Under the pieces are notes generated by a model. That model saw only the letters and a program-made list of their open reading frames with translations. It was not told where the DNA came from and searched no databases. Positions 34,291 through 49,272 of a stretch of DNA of 64,000 nt are shown here, in pieces (the stretch's first letter is position 1; the number at the start of each line of letters is the position of its first letter). Source of the DNA: the human T2T-CHM13v2.0 reference genome, Homo sapiens. The position numbers were made by a program, and so were the translations under genes. The DNA lies in NCBI RefSeq assembly GCF_009914755.1, contig NC_060930.1. The stretch is one strand, 5' to 3'.

Positions 34291-35225
34291 CAAACAGGAC
34301 TTAATCACTCAACTTAAAGACTCTGATATCCCTTCCTTTGGGAGATCCTGCTCCTGAGGTTCCACGGGGTGCAGGTGCAAGTCTTAATGGGCTCTGATAT
34401 TTTAATAATCTATTTACTTGGGCATGTCCCGCAAAATTATACATCCCTTGAGGGAAGTATGGAAGTATGGTGCTTCGTTGACCACTGTATCCCTAATGCC
34501 TGACTCAAGTATCAGACAAACACTGAAGTCAGGATCCACACATCAAAGACAATCCAAATGGAGGAGCACGATTCTCTTATTGTTTGCAATATAGAATCTG
34601 AATAAAATTAGTGAATCAAAATAATAAAATGCACACTGAATAAATTTAACCTTTCCTTGTTCCTTAGGAGAAGCCATGATGTTTTACATAGGTAGTGATA
34701 ACATTGCTACAATAAATACTTGGCTATTTTAAGAGGTGGTAATTTTATTACTACTGAAAATAACAAGGTAGAGAGAAATTTGAAAACATTCAGTAGGTAT
34801 AAGCTATCTGACAAGGAAGCTTGCTCATTCACATTAATAAGCTTCAAATACACATACTAAAAGGCCATGAGGCTCTTTGTACTTAGTGACAGAAACAACA
34901 TTGCGATGTGAAGGTTACTCTGGGTGACTATGAAGCCCTGTCCCTTGCCCCTGGGTCTATGCAAGCCCTGGATTTTGTGATAACTCAGTAGGTTGTGACA
35001 CAAGATGAACAAGCCTAAAAAAACCCCAAACCATGAACATGTCTCAACTTCACTGAAGGCCTTAGTTAAGGCCCTAACAGGAGTAAAAAAAATTAGGAAA
35101 TTAAATCTGTTGTAATAAAAGTAATATTTGTATGTTATAGGTGGGCTATTTATTTTTGTCCATTTAAAAAGATTTCTGAGTATAATAATATGGGACAGAG
35201 AACTGAAAAGTCAGTTTGATAATCT

Positions 35226-35515
<290 letters not shown>

Positions 35516-38500
35516 CTACCCGGGGCGGGAAGGAGAGCAGAGGCCAGAGCCAGAGGGGAGAGAGGAGACAGCAGATTTGGCCGGATGTCAGAGCAAAGTC
35601 TGGAGCTGAGAGGGATAAAACAAATCTGGAGACATCTGGGGAGATGGATGGTAGAGAAACTTTTGGACTTACTGCTCTGGGTCATGTGATTGACACCCTT
35701 ATGCCACTTCTTCTAGAGACTGCAGAAAAGAATAAAACCATTTTCCCATGCTTCACAGTGTGGCTGGCTCATGCTTCTTTTGGATGGAACACTGAACTAA
35801 GGCTGACCACCCAGCAGCAAGCTTCCTTCCTTTGCTTATGTGTAAAGTGCACTGATGTCATTCTCCAAGCTACAACTGTTATGCCTTTGCGGATCTGACT
35901 GAGGGAGCACTGCAGAACACCAACAATTGCACAATTAATTGAACTACTGCACAATTAGTTTTGAACATTACTATTCATAAAATATGAAGAAAAAGTTACT
36001 TAGAGAATTTTCAAGAATAGTTCTGATGCAGAAACAATCTGTGCTATAACAAATTTTTCTCAAAGAAAGGATAAAAGGTGGCTTTTTAGTCTAACAGGGC
36101 AAGAATCAACATAAAACTGCTGGATAAAGCTATAGTAACACCTCAAAGTCTAAGAAGTTGACCCATTATTTTCTAACAGAGAGTTATATTACCTAAACAG
36201 GGTTATGTATATAATTCATGAAGCTCTTTGTCTTGCTATAACAAATCTAGGTGGTTAGTAATTGAAAAACAAAATAAAAACGTGTTTTTATTTGTGCTCT
36301 TAATAAATCTTCAGCATGGAATGTAAAAAATAAAAAAGAGCTCTAGATGGTAGGTCAAGAAAAATTCTAACAAGTAGCAAGAACAAATTGCCTTAAAACT
36401 TGGTAGCTTAAGACCACCATTTCCTATGGTCATGAATTCTTTGGGCCCGCAATTTGGACAGAGGTGTTGTCTGGGGCCTGAGCTGGGAGATTCCACAGCT
36501 GGCAGCTGTACTTGTTGGAAAGGCCATTCACTCCTATGTCTGGAGGTCAGTGCTGACCTCCAGGCCCTTCTACGCAGCCCTCGCCACGTGGGCCCCCTTG
36601 GGCATCCTCCCAGGACAATGACTAGATCCCACGAGAGCAAGTCAGGTGGGGCAGTGTTGCCTGCCACGACCTGCCTCAGCACCAGCCCTGTCTTCTCTTC
36701 ATCTGGGCAGCCATGACCATCCTGCCCAGCATCCTCGGCAGGGAAGGAGGCTCCATCTCCTGATGGGGGTAGCAAGGCTCTGGAAGAGCATGTGGGACTC
36801 CAATGTGGTCGTATTTAGAGCATAATCTGCCATAGTGGCTTGGTAGAGCTCATCTCTGTGAGCTTCAGCAGTGCTCATTTTCTGCGCACCATTCAGCACC
36901 CTCTTACTCCCAAGAAGGGATGACATTTCCTTTGTGAAAAATGCTCCTGGAAATAAATTCCAATGCAAGTGCTGATGGAGGAGGAGAAGAGGCTCAGCAG
37001 AGATGGTTCTTAGTCAGAAATCTGAAATATTAAGGAGTGAGATGTTAAATATGACAGCGGTAAAGGAAAAAAAAATTCACGTAAAACCAGCGTGCTGCTG
37101 CTTCAGCGTGATATTCCAGTGCCGTCCGAGAATTTGGAGACGGTGAAGGTCTTGGAAAGTCTTTCTAGTGAAGCTCAAGGTCATATAATCTATGCAGAAT
37201 GATGTGATTTTAATAACTCCATGAAAATGTTTTATCATTTACAGTTCAATTCAGTTCATCACCAAAATTCATTAAATTGCAGCCATCAATGAGGTTGATA
37301 ACTGTGATCCAGAAAGATGGAAATGCAATGCCTCAGTAAAAAGCATCCAGGAGGTCTAGAGCCTCGGCTGAGGGAAGCAGCACAGGAAGCAGGGTTGGCT
37401 ATGGGCAAGCACCAGTAAGAACCAAGGCCAGCAGGCCAGGGAAAGAGTGGGACTCCAGTCTCTGGGAATAGGATGCAAAGACTTAAGACAAGCCCCTCGC
37501 ACAGCCTGAGCAAGCATAGCAGAGGCTTCATGGGCAGGAGGGGACCTCAGCATCCCAGGCTGGGGCCACACACTGGGGCCAAATGAACTGAACTCTGGCC
37601 CTGAGTTTGTGATGGTTCAGGCACTACCTGGAGTGGCGCTGGGCAGTCTCCTCCCTACAGACTGAGCACAACAGAGGCCTGAAAAAGTCTCTGGGCCTGG
37701 AAGCTCGAAGCAATGCTGCCCACACTCCCAGGAGCCTGGTTTTGGTTATGAGAGCAGGAGCTGTGGCATCTCCTAAATGAGACAGTTGTATAGCGAAATT
37801 ATTAAAATCAAGGAAATCTGTCAGTAATTTGTGGTTTTTTTTTTTATCACTGCAGTAAGTTGAAAACTATGATTACAGTGGAAAAGAAAAGAACAAAAGA
37901 ATGACTACCAGTTACTCAAAATGTACAACGGAAGTGAGTGAGCTGACTGCAGGATTGTGACCATGAGCCACCTCACACGTACCTACAGCCTCGCGCCACT
38001 CTGCCAGCGCGTACCCACAGCCAAGGGCCCATCAGCAAGCTCAGCCCCGCAGCCACTCATGACTCTCCAGACTCATCTGTGTCAAAACAAAACTAAAGTT
38101 TCCCACTTAATAAAAGCGAAAGGCTAATAGACTTGAACATTTACTGCATGTTTTTGGGTATGCCTTAATCTCTCCCCTGGCTAAGCTGCCATCATATAAA
38201 TCAGAGTCATGAGTTATCATTGTTCTAGTAGCAATAAAAATAATAATAAAAGCACTGTGAGGTCAGAAAATGTCAAGACCAGTCAGAAAAATGAGCGAGA
38301 CATAAAACAAAGTATAAAGGACCAGCTAGGATTGGAAAAATTCAGGTACTGTACCTCCAAGTGTACTACAGCAGGAGGTAGCTGCCACTGCTGTTTTATT
38401 TAATGAGTCTCCACATAAATCCCAGCTGCTAACCATGTGATAAGTCCATCTCAGAACACGAGAGGCCCCATTCACTATCGGTGTTCAGGCCTGGCTGCCA

Positions 38501-38979
38501 TTAATGGGAATTTCACTTACAGTAAGGGAAAAAACAGATCTTGAAATGTTCTGTTGGATCTAAATTGTTAGCTTTTTAATTTTAGTATCAATTGGTTTGA
38601 CTCTTTTTTAAACAACAAAATTAATATGCAAAGTCTCTTCATCTAAATACATGAAAAAGGAGAGCGAACAAGTCCTGGATACTTGAAACATTTTTAATGT
38701 GAAGAAGGTATAAAAACATTTTCCTGGACACCAAAGACAGAATTCAGACTGCAGAGTAGAAACAAAGCCCACATCAATTTCATAAGCTGCCTGAAATGCG
38801 TAAATACAGAAAAGAGGGGATTTTGTTTGGAATATTTTTTGTGGGACACACACACTTTTGTAAACTTTTTAACCCTAAGGTTTTGCTGGCAAATGCATCA
38901 TTTTTCAAAGAGGAGTGTGTACAGGACTGAAATGTGGACCTCCGCCTGGTGCTGGAGGTGCGGCTAGTGGGAGGTGGCA

Positions 38980-39110
38980 TGGGAGAGTGTGGAGAAGGCA
39001 ACCCGAGACAGGCAGACTGGGAGCCCAGACCTGCCACTGCCCACCGTGCAGCCTTGGCAGGTTGCTCACCCTTGCTCTCAGTCGCCCAGATGTCAAATTG
39101 GAATATTAAC
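38980..39110 (+). mobile_element. MIR relic
   Basis: CAGACTGGGAGCCCAGACCTGCCACT..GCCTTGGCAGGTTGCTCACC..CTCAGT..ATGTCAAATTGG. Confidence 0.5.
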
Positions 39111-39871
39111 ATGTGGAGGTTAGACAGGCAATGAGGAAAGGCTTGGCAAGCAAGCCAGAAACAGGCACAGAGAGGAAACCATGAGTCACAAGTAAGGGAG
39201 ACAGAGGCAAAGACTGGGAGCCGACCAAGGCCACAGTCGGGAGGGCGATCCAGAGTTCAGACCAGGGAGGTGGAGGAACAGGCAGGCTTAAAGAATGCAG
39301 GGCAGAATTGCACAGGTAAAGGATGTCTTACGCGTACTGTGTACTCCAATAGATTCTTCAATTTCTTCAAAATTAAAAAGCAATGGGACAAGAGTTAAAG
39401 GGAGGCAGTAGCACATGAATGGCTTAATTCTGGGGGCATTTTGTTGGTTCCTAAGAGGTATGCATCAATTCATTCACAGGCTTTACTATCCTGGGGTTTC
39501 CTGGCAGAAATGTCTGGGAAGATCTGCCTGGAAATAGTTACAAGAAAGAGGTAGTTTCTGATATTACACTAGCAATGGAAGGGGAACAATAAGACCTGCA
39601 GGTGATGACTTCATTACTTCAGGTAAGAGAAAAAGAGCTTCTGTCAGAATTCTCCTTTTTCACAAACCTCTAATTTAGGGCTAACCTTCAATCTAGTCAT
39701 TAAGAAATATCCAAGTTTCTCAAATGCTGGAATTTGGCTCAAATGCTGTTAATGGAACTCTATATTTTAGGTCAAATAATTTTAACTCTTTCAAAAGCCA
39801 TTTGTTGGATTTTAGTTAAAATAAAAAAATTAATTAACTTAGATCTCTGGACACCCTTTCATTTTCCTCTA

Positions 39872-40520
39872 TGTGTTAGTGTAAAACTGCAAAGCAATTC
39901 TGCTGCTACCCACCTGGAGTTAGGAAGTGACTCTGCAGACTGAAGGGCATGATCCCCAACGAGACAGCCCTCACTTCGGGCACCAGCCCCGGTTTGCGGG
40001 TCCCCAGGTCACCTGCACTTATAACCAACTGGTTATAAACCTGAGGGGTCTCCACCTTAAGTTTCATAATTTGCTAGGATGACTCACAGAACTCAGGACA
40101 CAATAGTCATGTAATGACAGTGTTATTAGAAAGGATACAACTCAGGACCAGCCAAATGAAGGGACAGCAGGGGACGGTCTGGAAGGGCCCCAAAGGCAAA
40201 GCTTCCATGTGCTCAAGATGCATCACCCCCTTATTACATCAACGTGTTCACTACCCAGAAGCTGCACTGCCCAGGGTTTCTATTGAGGTTTCATTACATA
40301 GTCATGACTGACTGAACCACTGGCCGTATGCTGACCTCACTTGGCTCAAGGCCCTGACTCTCTAAGCCCATGGTTGGCTTATCTAGCTTGGCCAGCCCCC
40401 ACCCTGAAACCATACAGGGGCCCACCATGAATTACAGAGACGCTCCTATTACTTAGGAAATGCCAAGGATGTAGTCTCCCTCCTAGGAATCAGGACAAAG
40501 GCCAAATTCTTTATTATATA
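39872..40520 (-). mobile_element. MER21B/C ERVL solo LTR
   Basis: CCTGGAGTTAG, GCCCTCACTTC, ATAATTTGCTAGGATGACTCACAGAACTCAGG, GAGGTTTCATTACATAG and GGACAAAGGCCAAATTCTTTATTATA match the recalled reverse MER21 consensus. Confidence 0.8.
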
Positions 40521-40537
40521 AGTTAGATAGAACTTGA

Positions 40538-40872
<335 letters not shown>

Positions 40873-41314
40873 TAAAATTACTTTCTAATTGTATCTTACT
40901 GCTGGTAGCATAGCTAAATATTATGCTAGCATTTAAAGAAGTGGCATATCTGTTTAAATAATATCACACTTATATTTATGAGCCTCTATCATTTGTGATC
41001 CACTCTGGTATATTCTATCAGTCTTTCCCCATCTCGTATTCATAAAGATACATTTTTCTGTTCCTAAATATATGACATTGCATTTATTGCTATGAAAGTT
41101 CTTATTATTTTTGATGAACTGCTTCTCACATTTTCAGAGTCATCCCGAAAACCTCACTCTTTCTGTCAACAATCTTATCAATCCTACTCACTTGGTGAGA
41201 AATCCAGAAATAAATGGTCACACTCCAGTATGACAGCTCAGAAAGAAATTTTCAGCATTTAGGGCTTATTAGACAAGCCCCTCTTCTCAAAAAGAAGATG
41301 AGCCAATAATTAGC

Positions 41315-41530
41315 AATAATAATAATAAGAGCTCACAATTACTGAATGCCTCCAAAGTCTCCATGGGAGTTAGGCATGGTCTTACCACAGCCCAGTAGGG
41401 CAGACACTACTATTTTCTTTATTTTATAAAGAAGCAAAAGTGAAATGTAGAGAGGCTGAGTAACTTGTTCAGATTCACACAGAAAGTGAAGTTGGCTTTT
41501 AAAACTCTTTGACTCTAGCACCTAAACTCG
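41315..41530 (-). mobile_element. MIR relic
   Basis: AATAATAATAAGAGCT..TTACTGAATGCC..ATTTTATAAA..AGAGGCTGAGTAACTTGTTCAGATTCACACAG. Confidence 0.7.
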
Positions 41531-41857
41531 TAGCTGCTGTTGGCTTACCTACCTGTTTTAAAGGAAACAAGCAGATAAAAATTTCATGAGGCAAATTTTA
41601 CATGAAGTTTCCAAATTTTCCAACATATCGAGGTTTTCTATAGTTTTTCTATAGCGGTTATATATAGTATATATCGTTTTTGTATAGTATATATGTTTTT
41701 CTATAGTAGCTATATATAATTGTATGATTTGAATTTTCATTTATATCCACATGTACCGAGGAATATGTGGTCTTCAGTGAATGCCAGTTCATTGACAACA
41801 ATCGTGATACTTAGGGATTAAGTGTGAAGAAGTTCTGCTGCTGCCTGCTTTACCTCT

Positions 41858-42699
41858 TGTGGTAGGCTGAGTAATGCCTCCCAAAGATGTTCATGCCCTA
41901 ACTCCTAATCAGTGACTATGTTACCTCACATGGCAAGATGGTCTTCACAGATGTGATTAAGAGAATGCTGAGTTGGGGAGTGATCCCGGCTGTCTAGGTG
42001 GACCCAATGTCATCAAAGGGCTACAAGGCAAAAGGTCAGAAGACAGAGAAGGTAAGTGATGATGGAAGCAAAGGACAGAGAATGTACTTTGTAGGCACTG
42101 GAGAGAGCCACAAGCCAAGAAATGCAGGTGGCCTCTAGAAACTGGAAAAGGCAAGGAAACAGATTCTCCCCCAGAGCCTCTGGAAGGGATGTAGCTTTGC
42201 TAGATACCTTGACTATAACACTCATTTGGACTTCTGATTCCAGAACTGTAAGATGATAATTTGTGTTTGTCTCAGTTTGCTTGGGCTGCCAATACAAACT
42301 ACCTTGTACTGGGCGCTTAAACACAGAAATTTATTTTTTCACAGTCCTGGAGGCTATACTTCTGAGATCACACTACCAGCATGGTCTTTTTCTAGTGAGG
42401 ATGCTCTTCCTAGCTTATAGATGGTGGCTGCATTCTCACTGTGTTCTCAACCGTGGTGGGCTGGGGGAGAGCTCTGATGTCTCTTCCTCTTCTTATAAGG
42501 ACACTAATCCCATTATGAAGCCCTGGCCTCTTGAACTCATCTAAACCTAGTGATCTCCCAAAGGCCACATCTCCAAATACGATCACATTAGGAGTTACGG
42601 CTTCAACATATGAATTTTGGGGAGACACAATTCAGTCCACAGCAGTGTTGTTTTAAGTCACTGGTTTTGTAAAATCAGAAAAAATAAGAAACAAGTATG
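41858..42699 (+). mobile_element. MLT1D/C MaLR solo LTR (host of a nested LTR)
   Basis: TGTGGTAGGCTGAGTAATGCCTCCCAAAGATGT start, GGCAAGGAAACAGATTCTCCC, CAGAACTGTAAGAT. Resumes GTTTTAAGTCACT after the insert. Confidence 0.85.
42268..42644 (-). mobile_element. MLT1A/A0 MaLR solo LTR nested in MLT1D
   Basis: TG...CA termini and a perfect 5-bp TSD GTGTT at 42263-42267 and 42645-42649. Motifs CTTATAAGGACACTAATCCCAT and TTCAACATATGAATTTTGGGG. Confidence 0.88.
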
Positions 42700-42844
42700 G
42701 TTTGTTCCCTTCCTCCTAAGTGGAATTAACATATTATTTCCTGTTCCTAGAATACAACGTGCATTTTGGTGTTTTTAGGAAAGATTAAACCTGAATATAT
42801 TTTTAAACTTTACTACTGTTTATAATATACAGCCAAATGACACA

Positions 42845-44090
42845 TTTTTTAATGAATTTTTAATCTAATCAAAATAGCATATATAAGTAATATAGAAAGT
42901 CAAATATTGATGAGACTGATAATAAAAAACAGAAATCTCTTGTTTCTTGCTCCTCCCACCTTGCCAGACTCTTCAGAGTCCCCTTTCAATACTTATAGTT
43001 TGCCAAATGATGTGTCTATTCTGTTATCTCCTGATCGATGTATTTGAGGAATTAACTACTGACTTATTACAGCACTACAGAATTTTTAGCATATTTATAT
43101 ACTTTTAAACTCACTTCCCCTCTATAATTACTTCTCAATTTTTGGTTAAGTCTATATTCATAGTAGCAATTATTAGTTTCTATATAAATATTATTTTCTT
43201 CAGAGTCAACTAGTATAACATGATTTCATTCCTTTCTTTAAAAACCCATCCCCTTTCCCCACCAGGCTTAACTGTTAGTTTTTTTTTTTTCCTCGGATTA
43301 GTTTTCCTTATATATCATTTTCTCACACTCTCCAACTTTCTATAACACACATGCCAATGTAATTTTTCATACCTTCAAACCTGTCAGAGAACCTACTGCT
43401 TCCTTTATACTCTTCTCCTGGAAACATCTCTCTTGAAGGGATCAGTGTTCAATCCAGTTTGTTTCACCTTCGATACTGATCGTTTCACCTAGACCAGCTA
43501 CTGTTGTCTGCTTGGGACTTCCTTTGCTGTCATCCTGAGAATTCCCTTCTCTCTCTGTGTTGGATCTCCTGCAACTATTCCTGAATACTACACCTTCACC
43601 TTTCTTGATGTATTCCCTTGTTTTGGTAGAGTATATCTACCAATAGCTTTCTCAGAAAAGTACATGGAGGATAATTACATTAAAAATGATATGTGTTTGA
43701 AAATATCTGTAATACCTTGACTTGGTTTAGAATTTCAAATTAAAAGTCATTTCCAAAATTTAGAGGGTGGTTTTGCTCTACTGGCTTCTTATTCCAATAT
43801 TGATAGAATGCCAAATTTACTCCTGATCATGTGTCTGAAATCTGTACTTCTGGAAGTTTTATGATCTTCTTTTTAACTCCAATGCTGAAATATGACAATA
43901 ACAGTATTTGGTGTGGGTCTTTGTTCATCCACTGAGCTGGACAATTACACAGCCTTTACAATCTCAAGAATTACATTCTGCTCTGGGAAATTTTCTTCAC
44001 ATATTCATATGATAATTTCCTTATATTTTCCATCTCTCACTATGAAATTCTTATTAGACGTTTTCACTCTTCAGTATATCCTCTAATCCC
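42845..44090 (-). mobile_element. HAL1 or old L1M relic
   Basis: T-rich decayed LINE. Reverse ORF1-like motifs (CAATAGCTTTCTCAGAAAAG, TTGGTGTGGGTCTTTGTTCATCC, CTCTGGGAAATTTTCTT) run into a 3'-end-like segment with no ORF2 between. Confidence 0.55.
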
Positions 44091-45937
44091 CATGTATCTC
44101 ATCTTCACCCCTTTCTTGATGCCCTTTCCCTATCTACACTCACTGCAATAGTGATCTCTTCTAGTTTCAACAAACGACTTCTTCAGGTTTCCTCCAGGGG
44201 CACTGTGGGGCAGTTTCCTGGGTCATGATACATTCCCCAATGTCCTGTGTTCTATGATAGTCTCAGAACCCATGATAAAATGACTATGCATTTGTGAGGT
44301 ACTTCTCTACTCCAGGACGGCTTTAGGAGCCTATGAATCTGTTCTAGGGATAGAGATAGAGGTTAACATGAGCTTAAGAGTTCCAGCTCACTTCAGAACA
44401 GTTTACAAGAAATTCAGATAAACTTATAAATTCCATTTCCCCTTAAAGTAGGCCTGAACCAGGGTGGGAAACCTTAAATGACCTCTTTCAAGAAGTTCAT
44501 GAACAAAAATCTGACTTATGATCTTTAAGATGTCCATGGACTTGATGAGTCTGCTTTTATGTCAGCGAATGTCATCAACTCCAGGACACCTGGATGTTTC
44601 TGAGCCACCGCAGGTGGAGACTGGAGTACCTTGTGTACAGAGGTGATACATATAGTTTATTGTGAAGGCAGCTCATCTTCCTACTTTAAAATGCCAAAGG
44701 AAGTCAAAAGCCACGTAGAGGAAAATTACTACCCTTTTCCTTCATTCTCTGCAATTTTATGGTCACCTGGAATTCTGGGTTTCTCATTTTGCTTAGTATT
44801 CCTGGAGAAACACAAATTCCCTGCCAGTGTATCTCACATCTCAGTGCTTCTCCCAAATGTCTAAGATTTTAAAAAAACAGAAAGTTTGACCAGCTTATTG
44901 CCAAAAATGAAGAAATGTTTGTACTCAGTTTAAAATATAATGTGCTTAGGTCTATAGGACAGAGTCGCCAATAATGGTAGAAGTGGAATGATGGAAAGGG
45001 CTTTACACACTTACGTGGGAATAACTTCATTTTAAGTGAACAGGGGATGAAGACGGATACTTCTAAACAAAGATTGGGTCAGTGAATGATTATCCCAGGA
45101 GGATGAGAAAAAAGAAACAACAAAATATAATGTTTGGATCTATCTGAGGAGTTTATCCTAACATTTTGAAATGAATTTACTGGCCACTTTTCCAATGCCC
45201 TATCAACACCTAGAGGGTTCTTTCTCCTTTTATGATAAACCCATGAAGATTTCCAGTTAAATAATTGCATTCCAAATCCCATTTACGTATGTCTACTCTA
45301 ATCCAAAGATTTATTAATCTAAGATATTCTCTAAAATAACTTCACTGAGGCAAAAAAAAAAATACTTGGAAAATTGCAGCACCATATATAAACCACTGAG
45401 GTGGTACAAAACATTTAAATAAACAAAGACACATGTATATCAGCAAAAATCACAGGGAAAGGAAACTACGGCATTATATAGAAAGCTGGGTGTTTGGTTG
45501 GTGGTCGAAACCATGGAATGTTCTATGTCTAGGGACAGAATCTGAGGTCAAATCTGGTACTGAGAAGCTGCAGAAAATGTACTAGCCTTAGAGAATTTGG
45601 CCTCAGTTTGACTTCATAACACAGTAGGGTTAACACTGTTGGGTTGAAGGAATGATTAAATATCATTTTCAAAACTTCCTCTCAACTCTGGATATTAACA
45701 ATGGTACCCAAATCATTTTATAGATTGATTGAGAGCTATATACATTTCCTGACAAGACCTTTATATGTGTACTATTCGGGACACGTCATTCTTATCCCAA
45801 ATATATAAAAATCATATGGAACCTCTGAAAAGGAGACAGATGGTCCATTCTAGATTAAATGTATTTAAAAGTTAATTTACAGGGGTGAGCCACTGCACCT
45901 GGACGATGATATCCTAAGTAATCTAAAATGAGGCTGG

Positions 45938-46262
<325 letters not shown>

Positions 46263-47414
46263 AAAAATGAATGTATTTTCATACATAGACTTCTACATGC
46301 TACCAAAGACTCTGAGGTACAGATTTTTTGTTTTTTAAGGAATTCCCAGTTATATCTAAAACCCACAAGGCATCAAAATTACACTAATGCATACAACACT
46401 AGTCTAATGGCTAAAATGACTGTGTGGAGTCTACTGATCTTCCTTCTGAATATTCATCCCTTTTCCCATATATCTGTATATATACATACAGATATATGAT
46501 GCATATATGCATATATTTCTCTTAAATCATTTATTAGGAAGAGTATCTATGCGTGCCTCATAAACTGTATTTCCTTATTGGGGAAAAATTAAAAGGTGAA
46601 TGAAACATTACAGATTTTAAAATGATAATCAAACAATGAGAAATGGGCAAATCAGGAGGAAATATGCTTTGAATGCAAATAAAATTTAAAGATTAGTTCA
46701 AAACAGAAAGTTCACATGAAATGCTTCAATGGTATAATAAGCTTTGCAATTTAAAGAACTTGTAAATAAATGTTCTTATTCTGAAAGCAGTTCATTCACA
46801 TTAACAGTCATCCACATTTCAGTGTACTCAATTTAAACATCTCCTTAATTTTAAAATATTCAAGAAACATTTGCAACAGGACCCTAAATAAGCACTCAGA
46901 TGAATGCTAATAATTTATCCGAAATATATAATCTGCATAGTCACAGTGACCCAATAAACAGTGAGGCCAGAGATGGGGGGAAGGCGGGGACTGGCCAGTT
47001 CTCTTCTCTCTACAAACTCCACCAAATTAGCAGGATGCCTGTATCGGAAGAGAAAGTGGTAACCAGAGGTGTGGCTTCAGCGGAAAGAGTTCTTCTCCCC
47101 ATGTAAGCACAGGGTTGTGTATGCTTCTCTATTCAACAACCCCACAGGACCTGGAGGGCTCTGCAGCTGTGAACTGTGGACAGGGCTCTGGGGAAGAGAT
47201 CCTGGAATGCTGGCTCTGGAAGTCCACCCAGCCTCATAGTTCCTCCTTGTAGGCTTACCGAGATCTGGGATCTGTAGTCATTAAATCTTAGGCAGGAAGA
47301 CATGTAGGAAAAAAAATCTATGTAAGAAAAAGTATGAAACTTGTCATTTTTCAGTATGATAGATCTTCAAAAAATAGGATAAAAAGTGAAGCTGGTCCAG
47401 GTTATAGACTACTC

Positions 47415-47578
47415 TTAGTGTATTTTCAGACCCTTGTGGCACTTTTAAAAAATACAAATTCTCAGGCCTCACGCCTGCAGACTGCAATTAGGTATACTGG
47501 AGAGGGGCCCAGGAAACTCTAATTTTATAAAGCTCCCCAAATGCTCATAATGATCAAGTCATGTTTGGGAGCTCAGAT
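47415..47578. mobile_element. MER5B/MER5A-like hAT MITE
   Basis: TTTTAAAAAATACAAATTCTCAGGCCTCAC..GGGGCCCAGGAAACTCTAATTTTATAAAGCTCCCCA..GTTTGGGA. Confidence 0.7.
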
Positions 47579-48040
47579 TTGATGCTGTTTTGGAAAATTT
47601 CCTTGGGATAATATGACTTCAAATCACAACCCTCAAAATTTATTTCAATCTTCTAATATTGAACTTCTACATACACTTGCTCCATTAGCAACATAATAAT
47701 TCACTGACCCTCTCGCTTCAGTTAAAAATAACAATCATAAAATATTAATTTGCTGTGTTTTCCATTCAAATGCTCACTTTGTTTTAGTAGCGAAAAACTT
47801 GAGGAAGCAGAGAACAAGCTTCTTCCTTCCTCTGCACTTAGGAAAGATGTAGCTCCTTCAAACTGTAGTGATGTTTGATACGCTCATCAGATGCTTTACC
47901 CATTCCCTTACAGTAAGTCAGTAAAAAAGTGATCTGATTCAGTGAGGAATGTTTATTCAAATGGCTCAAAAATGTAGGAAGAATGGTGTTACTATATGCC
48001 CAACAAATGATCCTTAGATCATGACTGCTGTGTGCTCAAG

Positions 48041-48332
48041 CAGGGATCCCTAAACCCCAGGCCAGGGACCAGTACCAGTATATGGCCTGTTAGGAACTGG
48101 GCCGCAAAGCAGGAGGTGAGCAGCCTGCAAGCGAGCATTACTGCCTGAGCTCTGCCTCCTGACAGATTAGCCAAGGCATCAGATTCTCACAGGAGCGTGA
48201 ACCCTACTGTGAACTGCACGTGCGAGGGATCCAGGTGGCACACTCCTTATGAAACTCTAATGCTTGATGATCTGAGGTGAAACAGTTTTGTCATGAAAGC
48301 GTCCCCACCCCCCAGTCAGTGGAAAAATTGTC
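48041..48332 (+). mobile_element. MER1B hAT-Charlie element, right end missing
   Basis: CAGGGATCCCTAAACCCC..TGGCCTGTTAGGAACTGGGCCGC..GAACCCTACTGTGAACTGCACGTGCGAGGGATC..GTGGAAAAATTGTC, then homology is lost. Confidence 0.88.
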
Positions 48333-48569
48333 ATTTAAATGTTATAGCTGGCCTGCTATAAGCACAGGTGTATCTGGTAAACTCCACATGTTAAAAAGGT
48401 AAAAAGAACTCTCTCACTTCCTTCTTGAGCTTAGGTCATAAATATTTTAATAGACTTGTGTCCACCTATGCTGACTTTCTATGAAACTGAAAGCTCCTCT
48501 CAAGTAAGTGTTTTGTGATGTTTTGATTTGTACAATGAAAAGCACAGTGGCAAGTATATGTCAGTACTA

Positions 48570-48800
48570 TCATCATCATCAGAGTTACTAACATTTTAAA
48601 ATAGTCACAGTCCAAAGCTACACACATTAATGTGTTTAATTTCCCACTGGAATCCTATGAGGTAAGTATGAATATTATCTTCATTTTACATAGAGAGAAA
48701 CTGAGGCAGAAAGAACTTAATAGACTTGGCCAGCATTTCACAGCTAGGATGTGTGGCAGAGCCGGTATCTGAACCCAGGAAGCTCAGAAATTATGTTCCA
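48570..48800 (-). mobile_element. MIR
   Basis: CCTATGAGGTAAGTA..CATTTTACATAGAGAGAAACTGAGGCAGA..GTGGCAGAGCCGG..GAACCCAGG. Confidence 0.85.
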
Positions 48801-49270
48801 AGGGACACCATTCACATAAATACAAGGGAAGGTGTGCATTTGTGGACCCCAATGGGCACAGCTTGGAGTGTCCTCTATAATTACCAGATCCCATGCCTTG
48901 GCATATACCAGGACAGGTTTGCTAACAAGTCAAGGCATCTGCACTTTGATAACAGACACTTTGATGTCTCTGTTTGTTTCAGTTTTGTCTCTGACTCATT
49001 TTTCAGTTCTAATGCTAGGAATGTCACATAGTTATTTCCTGGTTTTATATATTCAAAAGTACTCCTGGAAAACATCTTCCTGCAATTCTTGAACAAAGGA
49101 GTCAAAGGACACAAAGTTTTCACATTTTTCCAGTTTTGGTTTCGATCTCAGTTTGTACCAGCTTCAGAAAAGCACTCATTCCAAAGTTCTAGAAATTTCA
49201 TTAACTGTGACTGCACTCTGAAGAACAACCTTGCTTAAATTTTGATGTATAAATTTACTTCTAATTACAG

Positions 49271-49272
<2 letters not shown>

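Noticed and set aside
36699-36968. 89-aa ORF with protein-like composition
   Set aside because: No recognised homology, non-ATG start and no convincing exon structure.
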